A DNA stretch of 64,000 bases, from positions 49,786,001 through 49,850,000 of the forward strand of contig OX597816.1 of the NCBI GenBank assembly GCA_951406725.2, given 5' to 3'. A model generated the notes under the pieces. That model saw only the letters and a program-made list of their open reading frames with translations. It ran no database searches and was not told where the DNA came from. Of this stretch, positions 27,131 through 41,858 are shown one piece after another. A program made the position numbers and the translations under genes. Each line of letters starts with the position of its first letter. Positions within the stretch are counted from its first letter, which is position 1. This DNA is from Octopus vulgaris. Lineage: Eukaryota.

Positions 27131-27929
27131 CTTAACTGCTCGATAATATAAACACCACATTATTTTATTAAACCCATTAAAAAATATATAGATACGTCAA
27201 TAGATGGATATGTAAAACTTAAGACGCACGTCATGGACAATATTTGCGTTTCAATAGTTTAATAAGTAGGATAACCTTGCATCTTCTTATGTTCCAAAAC
27301 GGAAGTCTGCAGAATCAGCTGATAAAGAAATGCCTAAAATTTGAAGAAAGCTACGCTAATGATATTTTCTTTATTGCGTAATTACATTGCAAACGTTAAA
27401 ACGCCATTTAATCAAACAAGTTTCGTAAAACACTATGTAATTTGATATAATTTTACAGTCTCTGTAAAGCATTGAATGTTTATAATAATTCTTTATTCTA
27501 CTAAAAATAACGGCAACAGTCATAAATTCATAGTCAAAAAGAAATAAAACCAAATAAAAACAAACACCTTATTTGAAAGGAAAATCTGTATAAAATATTA
27601 CTTCTGTTTATAAATCCGTGTGAAAATAGATTTCTTAGCATCACTTCTAAGAATAAACAAAGCAAGTAAAAATGGGTTCCGTTGAATTCTGCTTCAGTAG
27701 TCAGGAGAAATCAAATAAAAATATATTATTCCTTTTGTGCATTACTCTGTATATGTTCTATCTTCGTGTTTAAATGCAGATTTGGATATACAAATATGGA
27801 GGATAATATCATTTTAAGTAATCTATTCCATGATTGTTCTTAATATGATCTGTATCCAAAGTCCACTGAGGTAAGTAAATGACCTCAATTTATGCGTAAA
27901 AGTAGGTAGTGCTGGAAAGTCTTACCTTT

Positions 27930-27968
<39 letters not shown>

Positions 27969-28063
27969 CACACACTCACACACACACAAACACACTCGAA
28001 CAAAATATAGTGTACATTTGCGCGTGCGTATACGCACACACTCATATATATACATATCTGTAT

Positions 28064-28125
28064 CTCTTTTACTCTTCTATTTGTTTCAGTCATGTGACAG
28101 TGGCCATGCTAGAGCACCGCCTTGT
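28064..28125 (-). mobile_element. 3'-tail fragment of SINE family 1
   Basis: TTGTTTCAGTCATGTGACAGTGGCCATGCTAGAGCACCGCC matches the tail of the full copies. Confidence 0.8.
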
Positions 28126-28192
<67 letters not shown>

Positions 28193-28571
28193 TGTTTCTT
28201 AAAGATTGAACCTGGAGTAGGTTATTATACATCAGAACGGCTATAATATGGATAATATGGGCTTAAACAGCTCGTAGATAGAGAATATTTTAAGTAAGCA
28301 TGACACTACAATTGGACAAGGACAATCATTCGAATTTCCATAAATGCAAGGGGTTTTATAAATATTAAGCGCCTAAAATTCAGGATTAAATATATTCATT
28401 ACCAAATGTAGATCGAAATGCATTACAACTTGATATTCTGAGAGTGGCATCACTGAAAGTGTTTTTCTTTTTACTCATAATGAAATTTTTTTCAAACAGA
28501 ATGATCGTTTAAATAAGTCACAAGATGCACGCTTCAAAGGAAATCCCAGTGAATTCCGATAATATATATAT

Positions 28572-28958
28572 TCTTTTATTGCCCACAGGTGGGGGCCAAA
28601 CATAGAGAGGACAAACAAGGAATTGAAACCTATTGTAGTCGCAGTAGTAACAATAGAAGAAGAAATATTAGTATTAGTATTAGTAGTAGTAGTATCAGTA
28701 GTAGCAGCAGTATCAATACTTACTATATATTTCTTTATTGCCTACAAGGGGCTAAACATGGAGGGGACAAACAAGGACAGACGAAGGGATTAAGTCGATT
28801 ACATCGCCCCCAGGGCGTAACTTGTACTTATTTAATCGACCCCCGAAAGGATAAAAGGCAAAGTCGACCTCAGTGTAATTTGAACTCAGAACGTAACGGC
28901 AGACAAATTACCGCTAAGCATTTCGCCCGGCGAGCTAAAGATTCTGCCTGCTCGCCGC
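28572..28958 (-). mobile_element. SINE family 2 composite copy with 17-bp TSD
   Basis: Head GCGGCGAGCAGGCAGAATC..., B-box-like GAGTTCAAAT, and body GGTCGACTTTGCCTTTTATCCTTTCGGGGGTCG. TSD TCCGATAATATATATAT at 28555-71 and 28959-75. Confidence 0.88.
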
Positions 28959-29317
28959 TCCGATAATATATATATGAACATGTACGAGTATTGAAAACAC
29001 TTTCAAATTTCAGGCCTTGGAATAAATTCGAAGCAATTGGGGCAGTAAATTACGGACGCCTTACAAAATGCGTAGTATTATTTAGCTATAGCTCTATACG
29101 TTCAAACTTCGGTTAGGCTGACACAGCGCACACGCGCACACGCGCACACGCGCACACGCACACACACACACAAGCTACATGCACACTCGCATACAAACAC
29201 ACATGTGCGCGCACACATATAAACATGGATATATATAGGCATATATATACGTACACATATCTACCTATATATCCTTGTATCTATTTTTCTGTCTATCTGC
29301 CTATCTGTCTATCTATA

Positions 29318-29356
<39 letters not shown>

Positions 29357-30968
29357 AATACACACTTAGGCATCACACACATCTCTGCTACGCTGAATAT
29401 TTAAGTTGTTTTCAATTGAGGGATCTAGATTTCACTTCAGATGCATGACTAGAGTCGCTTCTTAAATTCAAGTAAACTCATGACTTGTGAATGAGATTGC
29501 GTTGACATCGTTTATATGGAAGATCATTGATTAGATTATGCCTGCAATTAATTGACTCCCTCTAGTTACAGAGACACGCTGATTCCCCATCGGAACTACA
29601 TCTTTAGTATGCACAGCCACTTCAAAACCCAGACCAACGAAATTGATTGTCCTACACATAGACACATATACTTCTACATGTATTTATGCATGTGGTTTCG
29701 AGTGCCTATGTAATCTTGATGAGTTCAATCTAATAATCTTGTATAAATTCCACTCTTAAATACTAGTAACTATCTAACCACGCAAAATAAAGTTGCCGCC
29801 GAAAGTGTATTCTTCAGCAGTTTACTCAGAGTACAAGGACTTACTATTAATACAAGCCACATCAAGTCACTAAGAATGAATATTGCTAAAATCTTAAAAA
29901 CCACGTAATACAGTATGATGTTTGGTATATGAAGTGATTAAAACATGTGACTAATAATAACTTTATATCAAGGATATAGTTTATTTCCGAATGTTAGCGA
30001 TTGTATTCACGATTAATCTACTGAAATACAGGCATGAAAATTGCTTAACAATCATTGCCATTTATCATTGTTTCTCTTTTCCTTGTGTTCACACATGATG
30101 ATATCTCATTATAAGCATTAGCTTAAACAATTTTCTTTCCAAAACTGGAAGTCTATAGAAATTTATCTATGCAATACATCATTAAACATTTGGATATATT
30201 TTCTCAATATTTTATTAAACATGCAGTATGGCAATAATGGCATAGGTTTGCATAGTATATGCTTTCATTACTCTTGAATTTTCAAAAATAAATAAATAAA
30301 TCGAGTGAATAATCACATAATACAGTTTGTTAAATTGTAGAGAAAACTACATAATACACTCCGTAATAGTTACTTGATGTATCACCAAATGATGCGATAT
30401 CAAATAATGTATTGACTATACAAAATCCAAGAAAAAGCAATCGAAAGTTCCGCATTTCATAATGCAAAGAATAAATGAAATAAAATTATTCACCCGGGTT
30501 ACATATTACAGATACCATATAGACATGAGAGAAAGTTTTCTATGGGGTACATCAAAGTTTTACTTCAGAAAAAATTCTCCAACATAAACATAGCTTCTCA
30601 TGAAATCAGAAGCCATGTTAAGTTACAGCTCTAAATGTTTCACTAAGTAGTTTATATCTATATTTGATATGAACAAACTCTTGCTTGGTATAAATGCCCT
30701 CTATTCACTGTGGTTACCAGAGTAAAATATCTAAATTCTTCAGCATTTTTTTTTTTTAATCTTTATTATTCATAATTTCCTATTAATTTCTGTGAATATG
30801 CTGTGTATGTATATGTATAATAATTCGCTTCCGCACAGCTAATGTTAAACATATATATAAAAGGATTTGCGATAGGTACGTGCAAGTCTCTCCCACTATC
30901 TCTCTCTCTCCTTCTTCCTGTATATTTGTGCGTATGTGTTCGTGTGTAGCGATGTCTATGAGCTTGTA

Positions 30969-31012
<44 letters not shown>

Positions 31013-31066
31013 TACGTATATACACGTCTAAGTCTATGTAAATATGTATATATATATATATACATT

Positions 31067-31098
<32 letters not shown>

Positions 31099-31156
31099 CA
31101 TACATATATATAAATATATATATACATATATGTATATATATATGTATAGGTATGTG

Positions 31157-31196
<40 letters not shown>

Positions 31197-32589
31197 GCCT
31201 TCCTTTTTCCTTTTATAAATCCCTTCTGCGCGATGTACGGAAGATTTAATCTCCCTGTAACCACGAACTATATACGAAAGCGAATTACTGTTGAAAAATC
31301 TACATTCTGCTTCAGAACACAATCTTCCTTGGATATTCTTCCAATAGTTTTGGTTCACCACAAATGCAATCTCTAGTGAACAGTTGGCAATAAATTTGAA
31401 ATGAACCAAATTTAGGTATTTGCTGTTTCGCACAAACATTGTGCACATAATGTCACTCGAACAGATATCTACGTACGTGTATATACATACATACATACAT
31501 ACATACACACACATATATATATATATTTATATACATTATACATACACACACACCCACATATATATTATACATACATGTGCGTGTGTGTGTCGGTGTGTCT
31601 GTGTCTATCTAGCAATATATATGTTGCACACAAATAAATTCACGCATTTGTGCAAAAATTCGAGAATACTATGCAAGCATATAGTCAATTCAAGAAGGTA
31701 AGCTCTCTCTCTCTCTTCAAAATTCTATACTTTGATCGTTCTTTCTGCCATGCTTTATGGTTACTTCCTAGTTAAATTTGTATGAAATTTAGAACAAAAA
31801 AATTATTTTATAATAAACTATATTTTCTTTTGAATAGATAATTTCCCATGAGTATTTCTATACGTAATCTCGACTCTAAAATAGAAACACATTTGAAGAT
31901 ATATGTTTGAAAAGAAGATTAGGATCTTTATTGGATACAATTTGTTCCTTAGCATTACTAGTTGAAATCAAATTTAGAAGCCTCATAATCACAGTCATAA
32001 ATGAATAACTGCTTGAATATTGGTAATATATTTTGGTGATTTTTTAAAAATGTATCCGTTTCATTCCCATTTCATTGCATAGACTCTCATATTCGTATGA
32101 ATTCTGAACTGATTTATGCATATCCTTTTTAATTCAAGTACGTCCTTTCATAGTGTAATCTACAGGTTGAAATATAAAGCTAAGATTATGACGTACACTC
32201 CGGAATCGATATGTTGTCTTTTAAGAAGTGAATACACATATTTCATCGCTTAGCTGGGTAACGTATGGCACTATTTGGTCCAGTGCCTCTCAGTGAAAGA
32301 GAATCTAAAAAGAATTTTTAAAACGTTTCCCTACGTTGGAAGTGCATCTATTTTCAAATATCCACCAACTACAAAGAGCAACGCCTAATTTATGAAAGTT
32401 ACAAAATGCTTTACTTTGTATAAATCTTTATTTGCTCTTTGTCCGTATTTTCTAACATTCTTTCGTTATTTTAGCTGTGTTTCACTTTCTGTTTTAACGA
32501 AGGTTTGCTAAAAACCCATTCTACGTTTGCTATTACCAAATGCATGCTGAAACTGTGTTAATGATGAAAAAAGAAAAGAAGCTTACGTA

Positions 32590-33011
32590 TTTTATCTTTC
32601 ATGTTTTACCTGTTTCAGTCATTTGACTGCGGTCATGTTGGGGGCGCCGCCTTGAAGGGATTTACATTTCTTTTTAAAGCCTGGTACTTATTCTATCGGT
32701 GTGTTTGGCCGAACCGCTGCGTTACTGCGACAGACGCACTAACACTGGTTGTCAAGCGGTGGTGGGGGAAAACACTGACACAGTCACACACACACACACA
32801 CACACACACAAACATACACACACAAACACACACACACACACACACACACATAACTACGACATGTTTCTTTCAGTTTCCAGCGAACAAATCCACTCACAGG
32901 GCTATGGTCGGTCCGACGCTATTGTAGAAGCCACTTCGCCAAGATGCCATGAAGTGGAACTGAAACCGGAACCATGTGATTGAGAAGCAAGCATCTTACC
33001 ACACCTGTGCT
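32590..33011 (-). mobile_element. tRNA-derived SINE family 1
   Basis: Homologous to 52375-52793, with an internal (CA)n and the conserved tail GGCGGCGCCCCCAACATGACCGCAGTCAAATGACTGAAAC. Confidence 0.9.
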
Positions 33012-33758
33012 TTTTCCAATAACCTTTATGAAACTGCACTACCTTCAGATAATTCTTTCCTCTCTAATTTGTTTTATTTATATAACCAAACGTATCCCTC
33101 TGTCGCATTGTCTCACTAAAACAGGTTAATACATTATATTCTGAAAAAATAACATCACAGCGTATTTAAGTTTCCACATATTCTTTTCACGAGTTTATAT
33201 TCGATGAATATTAATTGATTTTGAATATAAATAACTGCAATATCGAATAGAGAAGAAAATATCAATCACATCACATCATATTACAGATAGAAGTCTATTG
33301 AGTGTTCCAAGAAAATTATAAGATCTTTTTTTGTGAAATGGATTTATTGGAGACTGATCAAAATCAATTCTACATTGTATAGGTCAGTATTAGTATTTCC
33401 AATGCTGCTGTCCATTTATTTTCTGTGGCACTAATATACATTTACTATTATTTGGTTACCTCATTGATTTGATTTGAAGTTCCCAAATAATTTTCGGATT
33501 TAGTGCACGTTAAGTATTTTTGTTGTAATCCTCATTTTCTCTTGGAGATCTACCTTCAAAATTGCTTCTGGCAGAGTAATTATCTTCTTTATGTAAGGTT
33601 ATCTACGCATACATAATCTAATCTTCTTTTTTCCAATTTGCCCAGTGCAGGTTAATCTAAAGGGCGGGGTATAGCCCCTATTTCTAGCATTTTCGTCAAC
33701 TGTTTTGAAGATTTCTCTGTGGCTCGTCGTTCTGGGTTCGGTACCAAACTTTGCATCA

Positions 33759-34156
33759 TTTACTTGTTTAAATCATAAAACTACAGCTATACTGGGGTAT
33801 CGCCTTGAAAAAGTTTTAGTCGAATGAATCAGCTCCGGTACATTTTTTTAAAGCCTGGTACATATTCTTCTGTCTCTTTTGCCGAACCGCTAATTGGTGG
33901 TGAGGTAAGCTAACCAGCACCAGTTTTCAAGCATTGTTGGGGAACAAACACAAAGACTCACCCACACACACACACGTATATTTCATAAATATATTATGAT
34001 GGACTTCTTTCAGTTTCCGTCTCTCAATTCCATACAAAAGGCTTGGCTCAGTCCAACGCTATAGTAGAAGACACTTACCTAAGTTTCCACACAGTGGGAC
34101 TGAAGACCAAAGCCATTTAGTTGAAAACGAAGCTTCATACCACTTAACCATGCCTG
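33759..34156 (-). mobile_element. SINE family 1 (diverged)
   Basis: Contains the blocks TTTTGCCGAACCGCTAA, CTTCTTTCAGTTTCCGTCT, ATAGTAGAAGACACTT and CAGTGGGACTGAA. Confidence 0.85.
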
Positions 34157-35594
34157 ATATTTCATATTTTTCCACAGCAATAAAATCACAGTGTACATTA
34201 TTTCCACCGAGTCATACATAACTTTTCGTATGTGTGAAATAAAATTAGCATAGTTTCCCATGATACTCAGTATAATGCAAATACATTTAAAACAATTTAA
34301 CTAATATTTAGGCATTTATACTCATCTAAAATTTATACCCATGCTAAAATTTTCCCCCTTTATGAATGAAAAGTAGAAATAAAACGGTTAATGCAATAAA
34401 ACTGTGTTTCATAAGTTCATTTTCCATCATTATGTCAAATATAATCCTTATAAATAATTTTCGTAAGAAAATTTCACAGGAGTATGTTATGGAATATAAG
34501 ATGTATTTAACAAATTTCATACTGGCTAAATAAATACTCAAATTATGAGATTCACTGTGTGGTAGCGATAAATTTTAGCCGATAATTAATAAGATAAATG
34601 TGTGTAATATATTCGTTACACCATCTGCTAGTGAACATCATCTAGCAACTTTCACCGCGAGCTTTATATGCATGTAACGTAATTTTCATGGAAATATGCA
34701 AAAGTAATTTGCCATTGTATTTCTTCAATAATTTAATTTTTGCAAATCCCTCTTGTCGGCTAGTCTCAGAACAATCTATCCATACATACCTGTAAATTTG
34801 TTGTTGTATTTTGTCTAAATCTCGTATGTAGCTTATCTTTTTTTAGCTAACATAAACAGTTGGAATAAATAAAACAGAACGTTTTGATAAAAGTAAGTAA
34901 CAGTCTTACCAAATGAATGTTGTTTTGCAATAGAAGGCATTTTATTGACTGTAGGATGATTTAAAAAATGAAATCTTGCGGGTTATTTGATTTTAAGCCT
35001 TTAAAAAAGAAGGAACAAATATCACAAAATCTTTGACTGAGGCATTAATGATTCTGTCACTTCGTTTACTTTGAACAAAATATATAACTTTCCGATTGTT
35101 TGCTTTAAAGGTAAAATTTAATCAGCTGTTTCTGCAAAGTCGTGTTGTTCGTTGAACGTGAAGCTCGAGCTTTAGACAAATATTTATTCAGGATTATATC
35201 ATGTGAAACAAATGCATCAATAGTTTAGCTAATCTATGAAAGTGGAATTTGTGAGAAATTAAGGAAGTGTCAACTTTACTGTACTCGTGCCATTTTATCA
35301 TACGGTAGTCATTATATGTCCTCTATGAAATATGTTTGTGACGGGAATTATTCATTATGTTAAATGTTGAACATGAATGTCTATAATACGTGTGATGCTG
35401 AGTATAAACACTTCATAGAAAAGTGTAAGTTCTGAAAACAATAAAATCTGTGTACACACACATGCGCACGCGTTTATATATTCTTGAACGTGTGAAATAA
35501 TGAATATATGTGTATATATACTTATATTATATATATATATGTGCGTATGTATATGTGTGCGCACGCTTGTGTGTGAATGTATATATATACACGC

Positions 35595-35765
35595 ATTTTT
35601 TCTCTCCTTGTTTCTCTCATTGTACTTTTCTGTGTATCTTCCTGTCGAAGAGCGTAGGCTCGAAACGTAAAATACTTTTTTCTATTCCTGAGCGCTATAC
35701 TAATGCTTTTGTTTGTTTGTACTCCACCTGCCTTCGTCTTTTGTTTATTTTCGTAAACATTCCCA
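35595..35765 (+). mobile_element. Penelope-like pLTR relic with degenerate minimal hammerhead (35634-35675)
   Basis: CTGTCGA-A-GAGC-gtag-GCTC-GAAA-CG-TA fits the hammerhead layout with core A6 mutated. The relic is flanked by microsatellites. Confidence 0.55.
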
Positions 35766-35780
35766 TTATATATATATACC

Positions 35781-35832
<52 letters not shown>

Positions 35833-35899
35833 TGTATGTATACACACGCACACACACATATATATAAATATATATATATATATGTTATAGATATATACG

Positions 35900-35950
<51 letters not shown>

Positions 35951-36954
35951 ATATTACAAAGACTTATATAGAAAACCATTTGCTTAAGTAGATAACGGCC
36001 TTGATTGCGATCATGACAAATTGCGGGCATGATAAATTGCGGCAATTCATTTGCTGCACATGACAAATGAATAATTTTGTACAACATTCACCAAACCCCA
36101 CTCAATAAAAGATACAAAAACATCAAAGTTGTAATAAATGCCACACGTTGAAAATTCTAGTCATGTCACAATGATCTGGCAAATCTAAAACATCTCTAAA
36201 ACCGCACGGAGTACATTTTGAGAATTTTCCGTATCTGAACTTAAATGAAATTATGGTAATTCAGAAACGGTAATTCGAATACCGAATAGTATTTCCAGCT
36301 ATCTTCTTTAAATTAATTGCTTTTGATACTAAATTTTAGTTTTCGATTCTAAACTCAAGCCACGTAATTAGCATCTATATTTTCCAAAATTTTCGTAAGA
36401 ATGCAGTTTCTAGAAGTGAAAATTATTTGGGAGTGTTAGATTGAAATATTATTGGGTTCTCTTCTTTATGAAATTATATTTTGTTTTGTGCTGATTATTG
36501 AAAATAATCTATGATCTGAGTAAAGCAACATTATTTTTGTTAGTAACTATTATATACAAAAATAAAAAACTGGGAAAAAAGGCAGTTTTCTGAAGCTGTC
36601 TACTTATTGTCATTCACAGCTTGACTGAATGCTTTGAATTATTTACTTGAACATTGATTGACTCCTTTTATTGTGTATTTTATCAAATAAGTATTAAAGA
36701 GGTGTAGAAAAATGAATTGCAATTCCGCACTCTAAACGGAAGCTGGAGCCGAGAGAAAAAAATAAAATCAATAAGAGTAGTATTACAAAAATGACTGACG
36801 AATATGTTAGCGAGTTAATGAGATCTTACTTCTAAAAAATAATTATGTATACTTCGTCTGAGTACAGATCGTATCTGTTATTCTTAACATAGCTACACAC
36901 AGATGTCACAAATGTCTCAAAATGAATTTCCTAGAGAGTGTACTCACATATATC

Positions 36955-37505
<551 letters not shown>

Positions 37506-38534
37506 GCTTTATTGAAGGTTTCAAAGGAATACAAGTTTTCAGTCATCTATGGTGGATGAAGTGAAGCATAACGTGTGAGGTTATTGCTACAGCATATTTT
37601 ATGTTGAGAAAAAGATGTTGTTAGCAAAATGCTTTTGAAAAGAAATGAGATCCAATGTCATTTCGCTCGGAGTTGCTTTCATAGAGGTAATATAAGCTAA
37701 CTGTCTATTGTTCTGCTGCAAATTATTTCAACGTAATTTCATTGATTCAAACAATAAGTGCCTCACCATTTTAGTCACATGTAAGTTGTGATTTAAAACG
37801 ATAAAATAAATGACCGGAAGCGTAACTCTCTTCAAACTCTGGGTTTTCATCTTATGTATTAGCTAGTGATGGACAGATTAATTAATTTTGAAATAATTAA
37901 TGAAGAAATATTAAACTTATAATCATTTCGTTTAATATTCTTACTCATCTCCTGTATTGTTTTGTAGGATTTTTTTCTAAAAAGTGGAATTCCTTCCGTG
38001 CAAAATGAATTGGAGTGAAAGATACTATGTTCTTTTCAGTCACTTTCAAATATATAAAAAAGTAGAACAAGTGAAAAATAAAATTTGACCTGTGCGAAAT
38101 AAATCTTATATATTTATGTAACCCAGCTTGGCTCCACGACTGTAATATTTAGACACTGGCTCTTTACCAATTGTATCAAATTTATGAGAGGCTAAATAAT
38201 AAATAAATCATATTAATGGCAAATATATTGAGATGTCTTCTTATGCTATTATGTTACAATATTGATGCGCAAATACAGACTGCTGTCATCTTTAATACAC
38301 GGATAAAAGTCTGTTAGCTTGAAAGCCAACTGGGATGAACGACCTACGATAAACGTAGGAAACAAACGAGAAGTATATCATCTTCATTGTCCTCATCATC
38401 GTTATTGTCGTTGCCCCTGTCTTCCTCATCGAAATCATCATCTTCGACAGGAAAAAAAAAAACATCAGGGAAGAGGAAAATATTTAAGAATGGCAGACAA
38501 GAGATAATGCAAATCAATGTAAAAATGTGATGAT

Positions 38535-38599
38535 GATGCTACTACTAAAACTACTACTATTATTATTGCTGCTGCTACTACTACCACCACCAGCACCAG

Positions 38600-38637
<38 letters not shown>

Positions 38638-38783
38638 ATAATAATAATGGTTTCAACTGATAAAATGTTAAGTTCACCACGGGGATTTTGAATTCAAATA
38701 GTAGTGGTAGTGGTAGTAGTAGTAGTATCAGTAATAATAGTAGTAGTAGTAATAATAGTAATAATAGTAGTATTAGTAGTAGC

Positions 38784-38815
<32 letters not shown>

Positions 38816-38880
38816 CAGTAGCAGTAGCAGTAGTAGTAGTAGTAGTAGCAGCAGAAGCAGTAGTAGTAGTAGTAATAATC
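38535..38880. repeat. (TAC)n followed by (TAG)n trinucleotide repeats in opposite orientation
   Basis: CTA/CCA repeats at 38540-38645 and AGT repeats at 38700-38878. Confidence 0.9.
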
Positions 38881-41689
38881 GTACAAAGGAAAAATGTAAG
38901 AAGGTGAAAAAGACGAGGAGGATGAAGAGGGGGAGTGTAACATGGAGATTAAAGAAGTAAAAGGTGCTGATGCAGAAGAAGAAGAAGACACTGAACTGAA
39001 AAATACTAAAGAATGACGCAGCAAAAAGCGTAAAAAAGAAGTAGAAGAAGAAAAGAAATAAGAAGCTGGAAAAGTAAGATGAAGAAAGAGATGGAAAAGA
39101 AGTGGAAGTTGCTAGGATATGAAAATAACGACGGCAGAAAGGAACGTAGTATTGTAAAATCGGACGAACATGAAAAATCAAAGCGAAAATGAAGAGATTA
39201 TAGTGTGACTCCATGTGAAAGTTGTAGGCTTCTCTATTGGAGACGGATAACAAAGTAAATAAATAAATAAATAAAGTAAACAAAGAGAATAAGAAGGCAA
39301 AAATAAAGGAGGTAAATTGAGACATTCACACAATGGTACATCACGTAGTCGAAGGAGAGATTGCATAGTTTATTCAGGCGATCACAAGTTGTTTTCATGC
39401 TACCAATACCAGTACCACTTGAATAACTCTGACTAGTAGAACTGATCGACCTTAAACAATGATGTACAGTACTCATTGTGTCATAGCATCTTCATTACCC
39501 TCATGAAATCAACCACCGAAACCTTCGCATTCATCGCAAATATCATGGTCACTGCATCTATTACTGCATTTCTTAGGTTTGTAGTACACACCGCGAACAC
39601 TGCACATGCACCAGTTACGTAAAGAAAACATTCGAATATACTGATATATCTACTACATCATTCGAGCACACAACATTCCTTGCATCCACCATTCAAACAA
39701 ACAGTAACCACCGCATCCACTTGGCAATCGATTTGCTCAAAGCGCATTTTGCTCTCAGCATTTATCGCACCCACTGCGTCCATGCGTCCACTGGTACTAC
39801 GTTTACCACATTTACCCGCGTACACTGCACTCATTGCATGAACTATGCATACTACACCTTCAGCAACCATTGCGCACGCGGCACTCAGTGTACAAAGCAC
39901 CCATTATGCTTATCTTAACCACCGATGCAAAACTACTCAGGAAAGAAAAATAACATAAGACATCATTTCCGGAAATCTCAGAGCTTTCGTTTGGTCCCCT
40001 GGTCAGACGCAAACGATTGTTGAAGCATACGTCACAGACTTAGTAAGGGTAAGAAAATATACCACGACTAACGCGATCCAGTGTTCCGATCGCAGATGGG
40101 AAGACGATGGCTTATTCACAGCAGGAATGCTTTTACTGATAGTTCTCTACAGGGAGAGGTAGTGGGAGCTTAACCTTCAGTCTGCTTGTAAACACATGTA
40201 TGTTTATTAGTTTTCTTTCAGCCGTATTCCCAATCCAGCATAGAGATTCAATCACTATCATAGCGATCAGTTTTTCCGCCCCTCTGTCTACTATACACGA
40301 AGACCAATACTGCCAATTCCACCCTCATCACTACTACCATTATTACCACAACATGACAACCAACAATACAATATGCTGTACGTATATACAACTCATATTT
40401 AAAAAAAAAAGTGTTTTACTTCAGTCCTACCGCTACGGTGACAAAATTCACACAGTAGTAATCACAACATTTCCCCTATGGCTACAAAAACTTCAACCAC
40501 CACCAAAATCTTCGCTACGAACTGTATCACCATCACCTGAATCAGCTGCAACCACTGCTCCTGATATGAGAAACACCTCCTTACTACATCACCAAACATT
40601 CATTCATTCAGAACTGGCAGATATATTTATTTTTAGAAAACATGCCGCGAACAACAATCAATATTTTTTATCAATACAAAGTAGCAAGCAGTACAGAATT
40701 GAACAATGTGTTGTTTGTTATTGTAGCTTTGTTCTGAATATTAGCATGATGTCTCATAGAGTTATGGTAAAATTACATAATAGAATGGCGAGGCATTCAT
40801 GCCTTTCTGCTGGACATAGTTGGCTATTTTGGGCAAATCTAATTTGTGATGTGAAAAGGCAAACAGGTGAATTTGATTTATATGGATCCTAAAATCACAT
40901 ATAGCTTTATGTAATAAAATTAGACTAATTCTCTTACAAAAAAAACAAAACACGTTGTTTAACATAACCGGGAGTAAGTAAGATAAACTACCTTATTGTA
41001 TTTAACTATAGATCTTAACATTCAGAGTTCGATACCCACCACCGATCTCATTCATACATTAACACTTCCAAAGTCAATTAAAAAAAGCTTGTAAAGTATT
41101 AGGTTTGATATAATCAACTGTTACCTTCCACAAAATTGAGACGTAAAGCGCCATATCTAGCCGAAAACGTATTTCTCATTATCCACCCTATGTAAGCTAA
41201 AGCTTACATCTTCTCTAAAGGCGATTTAACAATTAACCAACTAGATTGGGAATATAAAATTTTAATCTCACAGGAGGACAGAATGAGATGGGAGTCAGAA
41301 TGTTAAGCAATTGTTTATCGGCAGGCAGGATTTTCTCAGGGGAGCAGACACGAAATGTCTAAAACTAGCATAGAACATTCTCTCAAATCACACCAACCTC
41401 TCAAAATTTAACAATAGACTATAGCGAGCAAACCAGTTCCTGATATACATAACAAAATGTTATCACCAAGAGACTGCTTTTCATAATACATACATACATA
41501 CATACTTCTCCTTTTCTGGATTTTTATTTGAATATTTATAAACCAAGATTTATACATAAACCTATTATTTCAGGAATATTACTATTCACTACAAACCAGT
41601 AAATCATTGCAAATTTTTCTATATATTAAGGTGGTTATTTTGACCCCGATTTAGGTATACATGTATAAGTGCACCTTCGGTTACGATAC

Positions 41690-41858
41690 TGCGTATTCCA
41701 GTTCATCCGATCAACGGTGGTATGTATATAAAATCAACGTGCAAGGCGGTTAGAAACCACAGGCAAACTTAACCTAATTCTCAAGGTTATTCAGCGTGAC
41801 ACAGAATGGGACAAGGCTGGTCGTTCGAATTACAGGTACTACTAATTTTTGCCAGCAA
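41690..41858 (-). mobile_element. Fragment of SINE family 4 (cf. 63435-63722)
   Basis: Shares ATTCAGCGTGACACAGAATGGGACAAGG...ACAGGTAC...TTTTGCCAGC with 63530-63600. Confidence 0.7.

Noticed and set aside
38465-39325. 286-aa Leu/Val-rich ORF and overlapping poly-Ser ORF
   Set aside because: They derive from (TAG)n/(TAC)n and purine-rich low-complexity sequence.
40200-40892. 230-aa ORF on + strand
   Set aside because: It has no recognisable domain and includes degenerate CAC/CAT repeats. I found no splice or homology support.
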